From Candidatus Eiseniibacteriota bacterium (GTDB taxonomy: Bacteria > Eisenbacteria > RBG-16-71-46), in the NCBI GenBank assembly GCA_963776245.1, contig CAVZLN010000003.1, positions 480,001 to 544,000 of the forward strand: a stretch of 64,000 nucleotides of DNA, written 5' to 3'. The notes under the pieces are model-generated. The model did not search any database. It saw only the letters and a program-made list of their open reading frames with translations, and was not told where the DNA came from. Below are positions 9,649 through 19,487 of this stretch, in pieces. A program made the translations under genes and the position numbers. Position 1 is the first letter of the stretch; the number at the start of each line of letters is the position of its first letter.

Positions 9649-10952
9649 CGCGTGCTCCGCGGTGCGTCGAGGGAGAGATCGAGTCCGACGAGGTCGGGGC
9701 GGCCGGTGAGCGCCACCAGCCGCGCGCCGGCGCGCGCGAGGTCCTGATGCGCGCGCGTCAGCGCCTGCTCTTCGGCGTACAGGGCGTGCGCGCTCTCGAG
9801 CACCCGCCACAGGTCGAGACGCCCGGCGGCGTAGGCGCTCCACGCTGCTTCATGCGCGAGGCGAAGCGCGGTCACCACGGTGTCCGCGAGCAGATCGTGG
9901 ATGCGCACGGCCGCCAGCGCCTCGGCGTGCGCCGCGATCACCTGCTGGGCCAGGTCCAGCACCCCGGCGGCGCGCTCGGCACCCGCCGCCGCCGCCATGG
10001 CATCCATCTCGCGGCCCTCGGCGAGTTCGCGCGAACGCGCGAACACCGGCAGCATGAGGCCGGCCGAGGCGCTCCACATGCCGTCCTGCGGCGTCATGCC
10101 CAGCAGCGGCTCGCGGAAACCCCACGAGCCCTTCAGTTCGAGCTCGGGCCAGAGCATGCGTCGGGCCGCGCGCGCGCCGAGCTGCCAGCGGGCCGCGTCG
10201 GCCTCCAGCGCCCGCAGCCGCGGATGCCCCTCGGACACCGCGTCCAGCAGTTCGTCCGGACGTTGGGGCACGCGCGGGGCGGGCGGCTCGTCGAGCGTGT
10301 CCGCGGCCGCGCCCGGCACGACCCCGCGCAGCGCGTCCAGCCGGGCGCGCGCGCCGCGCGCCGCGGCGTTGTAGGTGGCCTCCTCGACCAGCACACGCGC
10401 CCGCTCGGCCTCGGCCTGGAGCACCTCGTCGAGGCGCCCGGCACCGGAGAGGTAGCGCGCGCGCGCGGCCTCCGCCATGCGCTCCATCTCGCCCCGGTGC
10501 GCCACCGCCCACGCGACCAGATGGGCGGCGGCATAGGCATCGGCGTAGGCCTCCCAGGCCGCCCCGATCACCTCGTTGCGGGTGACGTCCACCTGCGCCG
10601 CCTCGGCACGTGCGCCCTCACGGGCGGCGCGACGCTGGAGACCGTTGGCGCCGGACAGCGGCACCTTCTGGGCGAAGCCCACCATCTTCATGGTCATCGG
10701 GTCCATGTCGAAGCGGCCGGTCGCGGGCACGTTCACCACCCCCGCTTCGAGCATGGGGTTCGACCACGCTCCGGCCATCGAGACCCGTTGGCGGGCGGCC
10801 TCGGCCATCTCGCGCCGGGCGGCGAGGGTGGGATTCGCGGCCAGCACCTCGCCCAGCGCGGTGCGCAGGTCGAGGGCGCGCGCGCCACCGGCGTTCGTGA
10901 CGGCGAGCAGCGCCACCATCAGGCCGGCGCGCAGCGCGCGGATGCGGATCAT
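9645..10952 (-). CDS. TolC/CusC-family outer membrane efflux protein
   Basis: Signal peptide MIRIRALRAG..., helical OEP-like repeats, Met-rich DMDPMTMKM; first gene of the TolC-MFP-RND triad. Confidence 0.85.
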   Translation of the reverse strand: MIRIRALRAGLMVALLAVTNAGGARALDLRTALGEVLAANPTLAARREMAEAARQRVSMAGAWSNPMLEAGVVNVPATGRFDMDPMTMKMVGFAQKVPLSGANGLQRRAAREGARAEAAQVDVTRNEVIGAAWEAYADAYAAAHLVAWAVAHRGEMERMAEAARARYLSGAGRLDEVLQAEAERARVLVEEATYNAAARGARARLDALRGVVPGAAADTLDEPPAPRVPQRPDELLDAVSEGHPRLRALEADAARWQLGARAARRMLWPELELKGSWGFREPLLGMTPQDGMWSASAGLMLPVFARSRELAEGREMDAMAAAAGAERAAGVLDLAQQVIAAHAEALAAVRIHDLLADTVVTALRLAHEAAWSAYAAGRLDLWRVLESAHALYAEEQALTRAHQDLARAGARLVALTGRPDLVGLDLSLDAPRSTR

Positions 10953-11098
10953 GCGGTACTCCTTGGTCGGATGACGTCGCGCGCGACGCGCGGACGGGTC
11001 CCACTGCCGGGATGCGCGCGTGCGCGCGCCGTCCCGCCACGGCAGGGCCGTGGATGAGCGCGGGGGCAGACGACTCCCCGGCGCTGGGAATCCAACCG

Positions 11099-11551
11099 CT
11101 AGGCGAGTGGGGGAGCGCGCGAGCCGTGGAGGGCTCGCGGGACCGATCCGGGAGGATCGTGCGCGCCGGGCGCGACGACGGACGCCGGCGCGACGACGGG
11201 GGCGCTCATGGTCGTGGCCGCCACCGCCACGAACGCATGGAGGGCGACCGCGTCGGGGCCGGCGGCGCCGGGCGCCGTGACCGGCACCAGGGCCACGCAG
11301 CACGGCGACACCGCGGTGGTCGCGGGCCGCGTCCCGCGCGCGGGATCGGACTTGCCACCCGGCAGGGCCATGCCGGCGCAGTGCGCGGAGGTGCCCGCCG
11401 GACCCGCCGACAGGCACGACATCGGCACCCGGGCGCCCCACTTCGCAGCCACGCCCGAGATCAGGCAGAAGTCGGTGCCGACGACGAACAGCGCGAGCGC
11501 GAGAGTCGCGCCGAGAACGCGCAGCGGGCGGGGTGTGCGGGACAGGTCCAT
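11099..11551 (-). CDS. Putative DUF2946/CruR-like leader protein with C-terminal RAPP motif
   Basis: N-terminal hydrophobic segment, scattered Cys/His (FC, SC, HC, PCC), ends SRAPPLA-stop; about 146 nt upstream of the TolC gene. Confidence 0.65.
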   Translation of the reverse strand: MDLSRTPRPLRVLGATLALALFVVGTDFCLISGVAAKWGARVPMSCLSAGPAGTSAHCAGMALPGGKSDPARGTRPATTAVSPCCVALVPVTAPGAAGPDAVALHAFVAVAATTMSAPVVAPASVVAPGAHDPPGSVPRALHGSRAPPLA

Positions 11552-11785
11552 GCTGACGACGAGTATCGGCCCGCCACGCGGGCGGGGGTGTCTCCGTTCT
11601 GCAAAGAGTGGCGGGCCGGCGGATCCCCCGGCGCGGTCGCCGCGCGTCCGGGGGCGTGCCCGGCGACGCCGTCGGTGCGTCGAGCACGAAGTGCGATAGA
11701 GACTTGTGGGGACTCGGGCCCGCTCGCTATGATGCCCGCCGCCGTACGGGCCCCCCTGCCTGTGACCCCGAGCTCGAGAGGTGAC

Positions 11786-12247
11786 ATGGATTCGCCCTCG
11801 CCGCCGCCGGTGACGCCGGATGCTCCGGAACGGCGCCAGTTCCTGAACTGGCTCAGCAAGGCCTTCCTCGGGCTGTGGGCGCTCGGCGCCGCCGGCGTGG
11901 TGGGCACCTACCTCAAGTCCCCCGAGCGCGAGAAGCGCATCGCCGAACACACCGTGCGCGTCGGGCTGCTCGAGGACCTGCGGGTCGGCGAGGCCCGCCT
12001 GGTGCGACAGGGCACCGCGCCGTTCTTCGTCATCCGCACCGGGACCACGCAGGTCATCGCGCTCTCGGCGGTGTGCACCCACGTGCGCTGCATCCTCGGC
12101 TTCGATCGCGAGCGCCGCGTGCTCCAGTGCCCCTGCCACGACGGGCGCTTCGACCTCTCGGGCAACGTGCTGGGCGGCCCGCCCTCGCGGCCGCTGCGCT
12201 CCTACGAGGTCGCGGTGCGCGCCGGCGAGGTCTACGTCCAGCTATGA
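11786..12247 (+). CDS. Rieske [2Fe-2S] protein, copy 1
   Basis: Tat motif ERRQFL, TM helix, CTHVRC and CPCHDG boxes, GPPSRPL. Confidence 0.92.
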   Translation: MDSPSPPPVTPDAPERRQFLNWLSKAFLGLWALGAAGVVGTYLKSPEREKRIAEHTVRVGLLEDLRVGEARLVRQGTAPFFVIRTGTTQVIALSAVCTHVRCILGFDRERRVLQCPCHDGRFDLSGNVLGGPPSRPLRSYEVAVRAGEVYVQL

Positions 12248-13377
12248 GCGCCACTCCCGGCACACCCCGGCGCGGCCGGCGCGATCCGATCGGCTGGCTC
12301 GAGGCCCGTCTCAACCTCACCGAGTTGTTCTCGTTCGTCTCCCACTTCGGGCTGGTGTACACCCCGGTGGACACCTCGCGCCCGATCCGCGACGCGCTCG
12401 ACCAGGTCGCCGGCGAGCGGGTGGAGTCGTTCGTCCACGGCCCGCGCGTGCTCGGCCTGCTCGCGGCCATCGTGTTCATGCTCGAGGTCATGAGCGGGAC
12501 GCTGCTGGCGTTCTACTACCAGCCCACCCCCGGCACCGCGTTCGAGAGCACGCGCAGCATCGTGCGCGACATCCCGTTCGGATGGTTCATCCACCAGATG
12601 CACACCTGGGGAGCGTGGCTGCTCGGCGGCCTGGTGGTCCTGCGCCTGCTGCGGCTGTTCTGGGACGGGCTGTACCGCGCGCCGCGCGAGGTGCTGTGGT
12701 TCTGTGCCGTCGGCATGGTGTGGCTGGTGCTGCAGATGGACTTCACCGGGCGGCTCATGACGTGGAACTCCCATTCCTACTGGTCGGTGGTGCGCGGCAT
12801 GGAGGTCATCTACGCGCTCCCGGTGGTGGGCCCGGCGCTCGCCTTCCTGCTCGGCGGGCAGGTGGTCAGCGAGAGCACGCTGATCCGGTTCTACGTGCTG
12901 CACGTGATGGTGCTGCCGCTGTGGTTCGCGCTCGGCATCTTCCTGACCTTCGCGACCCTGCGTCGCGTGGGGCTGAGCCCGGCCAGCGACACCCCGGGAC
13001 GCTCCGACACCACCTACCGCAATCACATGTACTCGATCGCGCTGCTGCTGCTCGGCATGTTCGGGGTGCTGGTCTCGCTCACCATCCTGGTGCCGTTCCG
13101 CTTCTCCGCGGCCGCCGACCCGTACACCACTCCGGCCGGCGTGAGACCGCCATGGTACATCCTCGCGCCCTACGCGCTGGTCCAGGGCCTGCCCCTGCCG
13201 GTCTGGGTCACCGGCGCCGGCCTGGTCATCGCGGCCTTCGCGGTGCTGCTCCTGCCGCTGATCGCCAAACGGGTCGCGTTCGCCGCGAGCGACGCGCGCC
13301 TCCGGCTGGCGGGGCTCGGCCTGCTGGCGCTGTGGACCGCCCTGTCGGTGTGGGGCGCCTTCATGGAGCGGCGATGA
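12244..13377 (+). CDS. Cytochrome b (bc/b6 family), divergent copy lacking heme bH ligands
   Basis: FYYQPT, GWFIHQMHTWG, SYW, TLIRFYVLH, DPYTTPAGVRPPWY. Confidence 0.88.
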   Translation: MSATPGTPRRGRRDPIGWLEARLNLTELFSFVSHFGLVYTPVDTSRPIRDALDQVAGERVESFVHGPRVLGLLAAIVFMLEVMSGTLLAFYYQPTPGTAFESTRSIVRDIPFGWFIHQMHTWGAWLLGGLVVLRLLRLFWDGLYRAPREVLWFCAVGMVWLVLQMDFTGRLMTWNSHSYWSVVRGMEVIYALPVVGPALAFLLGGQVVSESTLIRFYVLHVMVLPLWFALGIFLTFATLRRVGLSPASDTPGRSDTTYRNHMYSIALLLLGMFGVLVSLTILVPFRFSAAADPYTTPAGVRPPWYILAPYALVQGLPLPVWVTGAGLVIAAFAVLLLPLIAKRVAFAASDARLRLAGLGLLALWTALSVWGAFMERR

Positions 13378-14606
13378 GGCGGGCCCGCGTGGTCCGCGCC
13401 CTGCTGGTCGCCGCGCTCGCCGCGGTGCTCGCCGCGTCACCCGCCGCGCTCGCCGCGGCGCCGGCGAACGGCGAACCGGGTGGCCGCTGCGTGGCCTGTC
13501 ACCCGGCGGAGAAGGTGCAGCTCCTGAGGAGCCTCCACGTGAGCGAGGGCGTGACGTGCGTGTCCTGCCACGGGGGCAACGACGCGGCGGTGGATCAGGC
13601 CGCGGCCCACGGAAGCGGCTTCCGCGGCCGGATCCCGAAGCGCGACGTCCCCGCGCTGTGCGCTTCGTGCCATGCGAGCGAAGAACGCATGCGGGCCTAC
13701 AACCTGCCCGTGGACCAGTACGCGCTCTATCAGACCTCGGGGCACGGCCGCCTGCTCGCCCGGGGCGACCTGCGCGTCGCGGTGTGCTCGGACTGCCATG
13801 GGGCCCACGACATCCTGCCCCCGGAGGATCCCGCGAGCCGGGTGTACACGCTCAACATCCCCCGCACCTGCGGGACCTGCCACGGCGACACCAAGCTCAT
13901 GGGCGAGGGCGTGGACAAGGGCGGCGTGTACGCCGCGTACCAGTCGAGCGTCCACGCGCGGGCACTCTTCGAGCACGGCAACCTGCGCGCCCCGACCTGC
14001 GTGTCGTGCCATGGCGTGCACGGCGCCGCGCCGCCGGAGGTCGGGGACATCGCGAAGGTGTGCGGCCATTGCCACACCGCCGAGCGCCGCTACTTCGCGG
14101 CCGGCCCGCACCAGAGCAACCTCGCGCAGCGCGGCCTGCCGGAGTGCGTCTCGTGCCACGGCAACCACGCCGTGGCCGCGTCCGACCCGGCGCGCCTCGG
14201 CACGCAGTGCACCCTGTGCCACGGGAAGGACTCCAAACAGCAGGCCGCCGGCAAGGCGATGCTCGACCAGTACCTCGCCGCGCGGAAGGATGTCGACGCG
14301 GCGACCGAGATCATCGCCCGGGCCGACGCGGTGCCGCTCCCGACCGAGGACTACAAGGCGCGGCTCGAGGAGGCCCGCACGTTCTTGAGCGAAGCCATGC
14401 CGGCCGCGCACTCGGTGCACCCGGAGACCATGCTGCCGTTCGCGGCGCGGGCGCGCTCGGTCGGACAGGAGATCCGCACCGAGATCGGCCACAAGCTCGG
14501 CGACAGCCGGTGGCGCTACGTGGGCCTGCTGCTGTTCTGGTTCTACCTCGGGCTCACGATCCTGATCCTGCGCCGCTTCCAGAGACGGGCCGCGGGGAGG
14601 CGATAG
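13374..14606 (+). CDS. Nonaheme cytochrome c with C-terminal membrane anchor, copy 1
   Basis: Signal peptide, 9 CxxCH, helical region, C-terminal TM helix. Confidence 0.9.
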   Translation: MRRARVVRALLVAALAAVLAASPAALAAAPANGEPGGRCVACHPAEKVQLLRSLHVSEGVTCVSCHGGNDAAVDQAAAHGSGFRGRIPKRDVPALCASCHASEERMRAYNLPVDQYALYQTSGHGRLLARGDLRVAVCSDCHGAHDILPPEDPASRVYTLNIPRTCGTCHGDTKLMGEGVDKGGVYAAYQSSVHARALFEHGNLRAPTCVSCHGVHGAAPPEVGDIAKVCGHCHTAERRYFAAGPHQSNLAQRGLPECVSCHGNHAVAASDPARLGTQCTLCHGKDSKQQAAGKAMLDQYLAARKDVDAATEIIARADAVPLPTEDYKARLEEARTFLSEAMPAAHSVHPETMLPFAARARSVGQEIRTEIGHKLGDSRWRYVGLLLFWFYLGLTILILRRFQRRAAGRR

Positions 14607-14607
14607 G

Positions 14608-16437
14608 ATGCCCCGGCTTCCCGTGCCGGGGCCCGACTCGGGCTTCGCGCGACTGATCGAGCAGGTCACCCGCGGGCACCTGACCCCGCGCGGCGTGCGC
14701 GCCGCCACCATCGTCGCGGCGTTCGTCCTGGCGTTCGGCCTGCTGGCGATGCTCGCGTTCGTGCAGGTGTCCTCCACGCCGGCCTTCTGCGGCAGCATCT
14801 GCCACATCATGAAGCCCTACTACGAGTCGTGGAAGCGCTCGAGCCACGGCGGCGTCGCGTGCGTCGAGTGCCACATCTCGCCGGGGGTGACCGCCGAGAT
14901 CCGTAAGAAGTTCGAGGCGATGTCGATGGTGGCGAAGTACATCACCGCCACCTACGGCACCAAGCCGTGGGCCGAGGTGGACGACGCCGCGTGCCTGCGC
15001 TGCCACGAGCGCCGCCTGCTCGAGGGCAAGGTGGACTTCCACGGCGTGATCTTCGACCACGCGCCGCATCTCACCGAGACGCGCCGGGGCATGAAGCTGC
15101 GCTGCACCTCGTGCCACGGCCAGCTGGTGCAGGGCACGCACCTCACCGTCACCTCCACCACCTGCGCCATCTGTCACTTCATGGGCCAGAAGCCCAACCA
15201 GGACCTCGGCCGCTGCACGCATTGCCACGAGATCCCCGAGCGGGTGGTGGGCGTCGGGCGGGCGAACTTCGACCACACCCAGGTGAAGACGCTCGGGATG
15301 GACTGCCGCTCGTGTCACGCGGGCATCGTGCAGGGCAATGGCGAGGTGCCGCGCGAGCGCTGCGTCTCGTGTCACAACCAGCCCGCGCGGCTGGCCGAGT
15401 TCGGCGATCCCGAGCTCCTCCATCGCAAGCACGTGACCGAGCACAAGGTGGACTGCGCCGAGTGCCACATGACGATCGAGCACGGGCAGAAGCCGGCCAC
15501 CACCACTGCGGCCGCGACCACCACCGAGGACGCCGGCACCTGCGGCACCTGCCACGGGTCCGGCCACCATGCCCAGCAACTGCTCTACGAGGGCCGCGGC
15601 GGGCGCGGGGTGCCGGTGATGCCCGGCCCGATGGCGGTCGCCGGAGTGTCGTGCGAGGGCTGCCACAGCGCGGCGCTCTCGGTTCAGAACGCCGCCGCGG
15701 GCACGCTGGGCGTGCACACGCTGCGCTCCAACGAGGTCGCCTGCATGTCGTGCCACGGACCGGCCTACAAGGCGATCTTCCAGGCTTGGAAGGCCGGGGT
15801 CGAGGCGCGGACCGCGGCATTGCGCGCGCAGCTCGACGCGACCGTCGGGTCGATGGGCGTGTCCGCCCCTCAGCCGTTCGAGGATGCGCGGGCCAACTTC
15901 CTCCTGGTCGAGCGAGGGCGGGGCGTGCACAACGTGAACTTCTCCTACGCCCTGCTCGACAAGGCCTGGGAGCAGATGAACGGCGCCCGCCGCGAGAAGG
16001 GGCTGGGGCCCCTGCCGCGGCCCTGGACGGTGATCGCGCCCGGCTCGGCGGCCTGCCTCAACTGTCATGTCGGCATCGAGGCCCAGTCGGGGACCTTCCA
16101 GGGCCGGTCGTTCGGGCATCGGCCGCACCTCGTCGCCGCCCGGCTCGACTGCTCCGTCTGCCATCGCCCGCACGCGGAGCGCGCCCCGGGTGAGGTGGTG
16201 CGCTACGGCGCCGCCGGGTGCGCCCCCTGCCATCACCAGCGGATCGCGGCCCCGAGCGAGACGGCGTGCGCTCCGTGCCATGGCGACGTCCGCCAGCACA
16301 CCGTGCCGAGCTGGCGGGGCGAGTTCTCCCACGCCGCGCATCTCGAGCAGGGACTCGAGTGCTCGACCTGCCACCCGGCCCGCAGCGCGGACCCGCGCCC
16401 TGAGAAGAGCTCCTGCGCGCAGTGCCACGCCGACTGA
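14608..16437 (+). CDS. Membrane-anchored multiheme cytochrome c with NapC/NirT-like N-terminus (about 18 hemes)
   Basis: TM helix then SSTPAFCGSICHIMKPYYESW..SSH...CVECH; 17 CxxCH plus 1 CxxxCH. Confidence 0.88.
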   Translation: MPRLPVPGPDSGFARLIEQVTRGHLTPRGVRAATIVAAFVLAFGLLAMLAFVQVSSTPAFCGSICHIMKPYYESWKRSSHGGVACVECHISPGVTAEIRKKFEAMSMVAKYITATYGTKPWAEVDDAACLRCHERRLLEGKVDFHGVIFDHAPHLTETRRGMKLRCTSCHGQLVQGTHLTVTSTTCAICHFMGQKPNQDLGRCTHCHEIPERVVGVGRANFDHTQVKTLGMDCRSCHAGIVQGNGEVPRERCVSCHNQPARLAEFGDPELLHRKHVTEHKVDCAECHMTIEHGQKPATTTAAATTTEDAGTCGTCHGSGHHAQQLLYEGRGGRGVPVMPGPMAVAGVSCEGCHSAALSVQNAAAGTLGVHTLRSNEVACMSCHGPAYKAIFQAWKAGVEARTAALRAQLDATVGSMGVSAPQPFEDARANFLLVERGRGVHNVNFSYALLDKAWEQMNGARREKGLGPLPRPWTVIAPGSAACLNCHVGIEAQSGTFQGRSFGHRPHLVAARLDCSVCHRPHAERAPGEVVRYGAAGCAPCHHQRIAAPSETACAPCHGDVRQHTVPSWRGEFSHAAHLEQGLECSTCHPARSADPRPEKSSCAQCHAD

Positions 16438-16761
16438 GCCGCGGCGGCGCCGCGACCGGTTCGAGCGGTGGACCCTCGCGACGTCCGGTGACCTGGTGCG
16501 GCTTGTGATTTTCCTTTCATACGCGCGCTCCAGGCCCTAGTCTGTCTCGGTCGAGGACCCGACGTGTCCGGGTTCGGATTCCACGACCTCGATCTCAGAC
16601 GTATCGCGGGCCTCCGCCCGGGTCCCTGGACCCCCCACCTTCCGCGGAGGCGCCTGTTGGTGCACGGGAGCGCCGGACCCCCCGGGTCGGCGTGATCGCG
16701 CGGTGCCACGCGTCCCTCCACTCTCGAGGAACGCCCGCGGCTCGCGCGGAAGGAGGGTGGG

Positions 16762-17490
16762 GTGAGAGTCCCCGAACAAGTCCAACGCATCGGCGTGGTG
16801 GTGGCCTTCATCCTGGCCGCCGTCGTCGCCGTCCGGTTCGTCATCGTCCCGCGCGCGTATTTCTCGACCGCGATCCACCGCTCGACCACCGTCGATCGCG
16901 AGACGGCCCGAACCGTGAACTTCGCGGGGATGCAGGCGTGCCGGGAATGCCACGACGACATCTACGAGAAGAAGAGCAAGAGCTTCCACCGCGGGCTCGC
17001 CTGCGAAGGCTGCCACGGTCCGTCGCAGAAGCACGCCGAAGACCCGATGTCCGTGAAGCCCTATGCCCCGCGCGACCGCAAGTTCTGCCCGGTGTGCCAC
17101 GCATACGATCCCTCGCGCCCGACCGGCTTCCCCCAGATCAATCCCCAGACCCACAACCCGCTCCAGGCGTGCATCACCTGCCACGATCCCCACGATCCGA
17201 CGCCGCCGGAGACGCCGCGCGAGTGCTCGGCCTGCCACGCGCAGATCGAACGCACCAAGGCGGTCTCCGCGCACGCCCTGCTGAAGTGCTCGACCTGCCA
17301 CACCGCGAGTGAGAAGCACCGCCTGGATCCGCGCAGCGCGCCGCCCACGAAGCCCCAGGACCGCGAGTTCTGCGGCCAGTGTCACGCGACCGGCGCCGCG
17401 GGTGAGGCACCCAAGGTCGACATCGGGACCCACTACGCACCCTACCTGTGCTGGCAATGCCACTACCCGCATCTCCCGGAGGGCCGGTGA
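16762..17490 (+). CDS. Octaheme cytochrome c with N-terminal membrane anchor
   Basis: N-terminal TM helix, 8 CxxCH; RBS GGAGG before the GTG start. Confidence 0.88.
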   Translation: MRVPEQVQRIGVVVAFILAAVVAVRFVIVPRAYFSTAIHRSTTVDRETARTVNFAGMQACRECHDDIYEKKSKSFHRGLACEGCHGPSQKHAEDPMSVKPYAPRDRKFCPVCHAYDPSRPTGFPQINPQTHNPLQACITCHDPHDPTPPETPRECSACHAQIERTKAVSAHALLKCSTCHTASEKHRLDPRSAPPTKPQDREFCGQCHATGAAGEAPKVDIGTHYAPYLCWQCHYPHLPEGR

Positions 17491-18269
17491 TGGACAAGCG
17501 ACAGTTCCTGAAGGGGATGATCCTGTTCTTCCCGGCAGGCGCCGCGCTCCAGACGCTGGCCGAGCTGGGGGATCCCCGCTACGCGGCGGCGGCCGCCGCC
17601 CCGGCCGCGACCGGTGACGCGTACGATCCCAAGCAGCACTGGTACGGGATGGGCGTCGAGATCGACAAGTGCATCGGCTGCAATCGGTGCGCGGAGGCCT
17701 GCAAGGCGGAGAACAACGTTCCGGACGAGCCGTACTTCTTCCGGACCTGGGTGGAACGGTACGTCGTGAAGAAGGACGGCGCGACCGTGACCTGCATCAG
17801 CACCCAGCCGCGGCGCACCGACCAGACGCCCCCGGCCGCCGAGGAGCAGGACGCGCTGCGCAGCTTCTTCGTGCCGAAGCTATGCAATCACTGCGCCCAC
17901 CCACCGTGCGTGCAGGTGTGCCCGGTCGGCGCGACGTTCTCGACCGAGGACGGCGTCGTGCTGGTGGACAGCCAGCGCTGCATCGGCTGCCGCTACTGCA
18001 TCCAGGCCTGTCCCTACGGAGCTCGGTACCTGAATCACCAGACCAACACCGCCGACAAGTGCACCTTCTGCTATCACCGGGTGCGCAAGGGGCTCCTCCC
18101 CGCATGCGTGGAGGTCTGCCCCACCCAGGCCCGCATCTTCGGTGACCTGCGCAGCAAGGCGAGCCGGCTGATCCGCTTCGAACGCATGAACAAGATCAAC
18201 GTGCTCAAGCCCGGGCTCAACACCGATCCCAAGGTGTACTACGCCGGTCTCGATGGAGAAGTCCGATGA
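17490..18269 (+). CDS. NrfC/DmsB-type 4x[4Fe-4S] protein
   Basis: Tat-like DKRQFLKG; CIGCNRC, CNHCAHPPCVQVCP, CIGCRYCIQACPY, KCTFC. Confidence 0.92.
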   Translation: MDKRQFLKGMILFFPAGAALQTLAELGDPRYAAAAAAPAATGDAYDPKQHWYGMGVEIDKCIGCNRCAEACKAENNVPDEPYFFRTWVERYVVKKDGATVTCISTQPRRTDQTPPAAEEQDALRSFFVPKLCNHCAHPPCVQVCPVGATFSTEDGVVLVDSQRCIGCRYCIQACPYGARYLNHQTNTADKCTFCYHRVRKGLLPACVEVCPTQARIFGDLRSKASRLIRFERMNKINVLKPGLNTDPKVYYAGLDGEVR

Positions 18270-19480
18270 TCGCGCAGACCCCTCCGTACCTCGCCGAACT
18301 GATGAAGCAGGTCATCGGCTACATCTACCCCAACGAGATCGAGATCCACTGGTCGATCCTGATCGTGGTCTATCCGTATCTCACGGGGCTGGTCGCCGGC
18401 GCCTTCATCCTCGCCTCGCTCGTCAAAGTGTTCAACGTCGAGGAGGTGAGACCCACCTACCGCCTGTCGCTGCTCACGGCGCTGTCGTTCCTGCTGATCG
18501 CGCCGCTCCCGCTGCTGTTGCACCTCGGACACCCGGAGCGTTCGTTCGAGATCTTCCTGGCGCCCAACCTGACGTCGGCGATGGCCATGTTCGGCTTCGT
18601 CTATGCCTGGTACCTGATGGGCATCCTGCTGCTCGAGATCTGGTTCGAATTCCGTCGCGACCTCGTGGTGCTGAGCCGGACCCGGCCCGCCCCCCTGAGC
18701 TGGATCTACCGGCTGCTGTCGCTGTTCTCGAGCGACATCGGCCCGCGGGCGCTCGCGTTCGATCGCAAGGCGATCCGGGTCCTCACGCTCGTCGGCATCC
18801 CGTCGGCGTTCCTGCTGCACGGCTACGTCGGGTTCATCTTCGGGTCCGTGAAGGCCAATCCCTGGTGGGGCAGCGTGCTCATGCCGATCGTGTTCCTGAT
18901 GTCGGCGATCGTGTCCGGGATCGCGCTCGTGATCTTCCTCTACATGGTGATCACGGCGCTGCGGAACGAGCCCATCGACATGAGGTGCCTCGACCGCATC
19001 GCGTCGTTCCTGTTCTACGCGGTGGTGGTGGACTTCGCGCTCGAGTCCCTCGACTTCATCCATCGGCTCTACCAGAGCGAGGAGTCGATCAACATCCTGG
19101 GGCAGCTGATCGCGCTGAAACTGTTCCAGAACCTGGTCATCCTGCAGATCCTGCTGGGGATGATCGTGCCGCTCGGGATCCTCGTGCTGGCGAAGACCAT
19201 GAAGGTCAATGCGGATCTCAGAAAGATGCTCTACTTCGCCTCGGCCATCCTGATCCAGCTCGGCATCTTCAGCATGCGCTGGAACGTGGTGATCGGCGGA
19301 CAGCTGTTCTCCAAGAGCTTCCGCGGGCTGATGACGTACAAGATGGAGGTCCTCGGGCTCGAGGGGCTCCTGATGGCGCTGGTGCTGCTGGTCACCCCGT
19401 TCATCATCCTCGGGGTCCTGATCCGGCTGCTCCCGACCCAGCGGCTGCCCGAGACGCTCGGCGAGAGCGCTTCCGCCTGA
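18266..19480 (+). CDS. NrfD/PsrC-family integral membrane quinol-interacting subunit
   Basis: WSILIVVYPYLTGLVAG, LHLGHPER, TSAM, about 10 TM helices, MRWNVVIGGQ. Confidence 0.92.
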   Translation: MIAQTPPYLAELMKQVIGYIYPNEIEIHWSILIVVYPYLTGLVAGAFILASLVKVFNVEEVRPTYRLSLLTALSFLLIAPLPLLLHLGHPERSFEIFLAPNLTSAMAMFGFVYAWYLMGILLLEIWFEFRRDLVVLSRTRPAPLSWIYRLLSLFSSDIGPRALAFDRKAIRVLTLVGIPSAFLLHGYVGFIFGSVKANPWWGSVLMPIVFLMSAIVSGIALVIFLYMVITALRNEPIDMRCLDRIASFLFYAVVVDFALESLDFIHRLYQSEESINILGQLIALKLFQNLVILQILLGMIVPLGILVLAKTMKVNADLRKMLYFASAILIQLGIFSMRWNVVIGGQLFSKSFRGLMTYKMEVLGLEGLLMALVLLVTPFIILGVLIRLLPTQRLPETLGESASA

Positions 19481-19487
19481 ACGCGGA

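Noticed and set aside
16503..16521. TTGTGATTTTCCTTTCATA as a possible Rex/CRP/FNR box
   Set aside because: Only one half-site matches and the spacing fits none of the consensus sequences.
18266..19480. Calling the NrfD gene evidence of nitrite ammonification or polysulfide respiration
   Set aside because: No NrfA (CxxCK motif) or molybdopterin subunit is present in the window.
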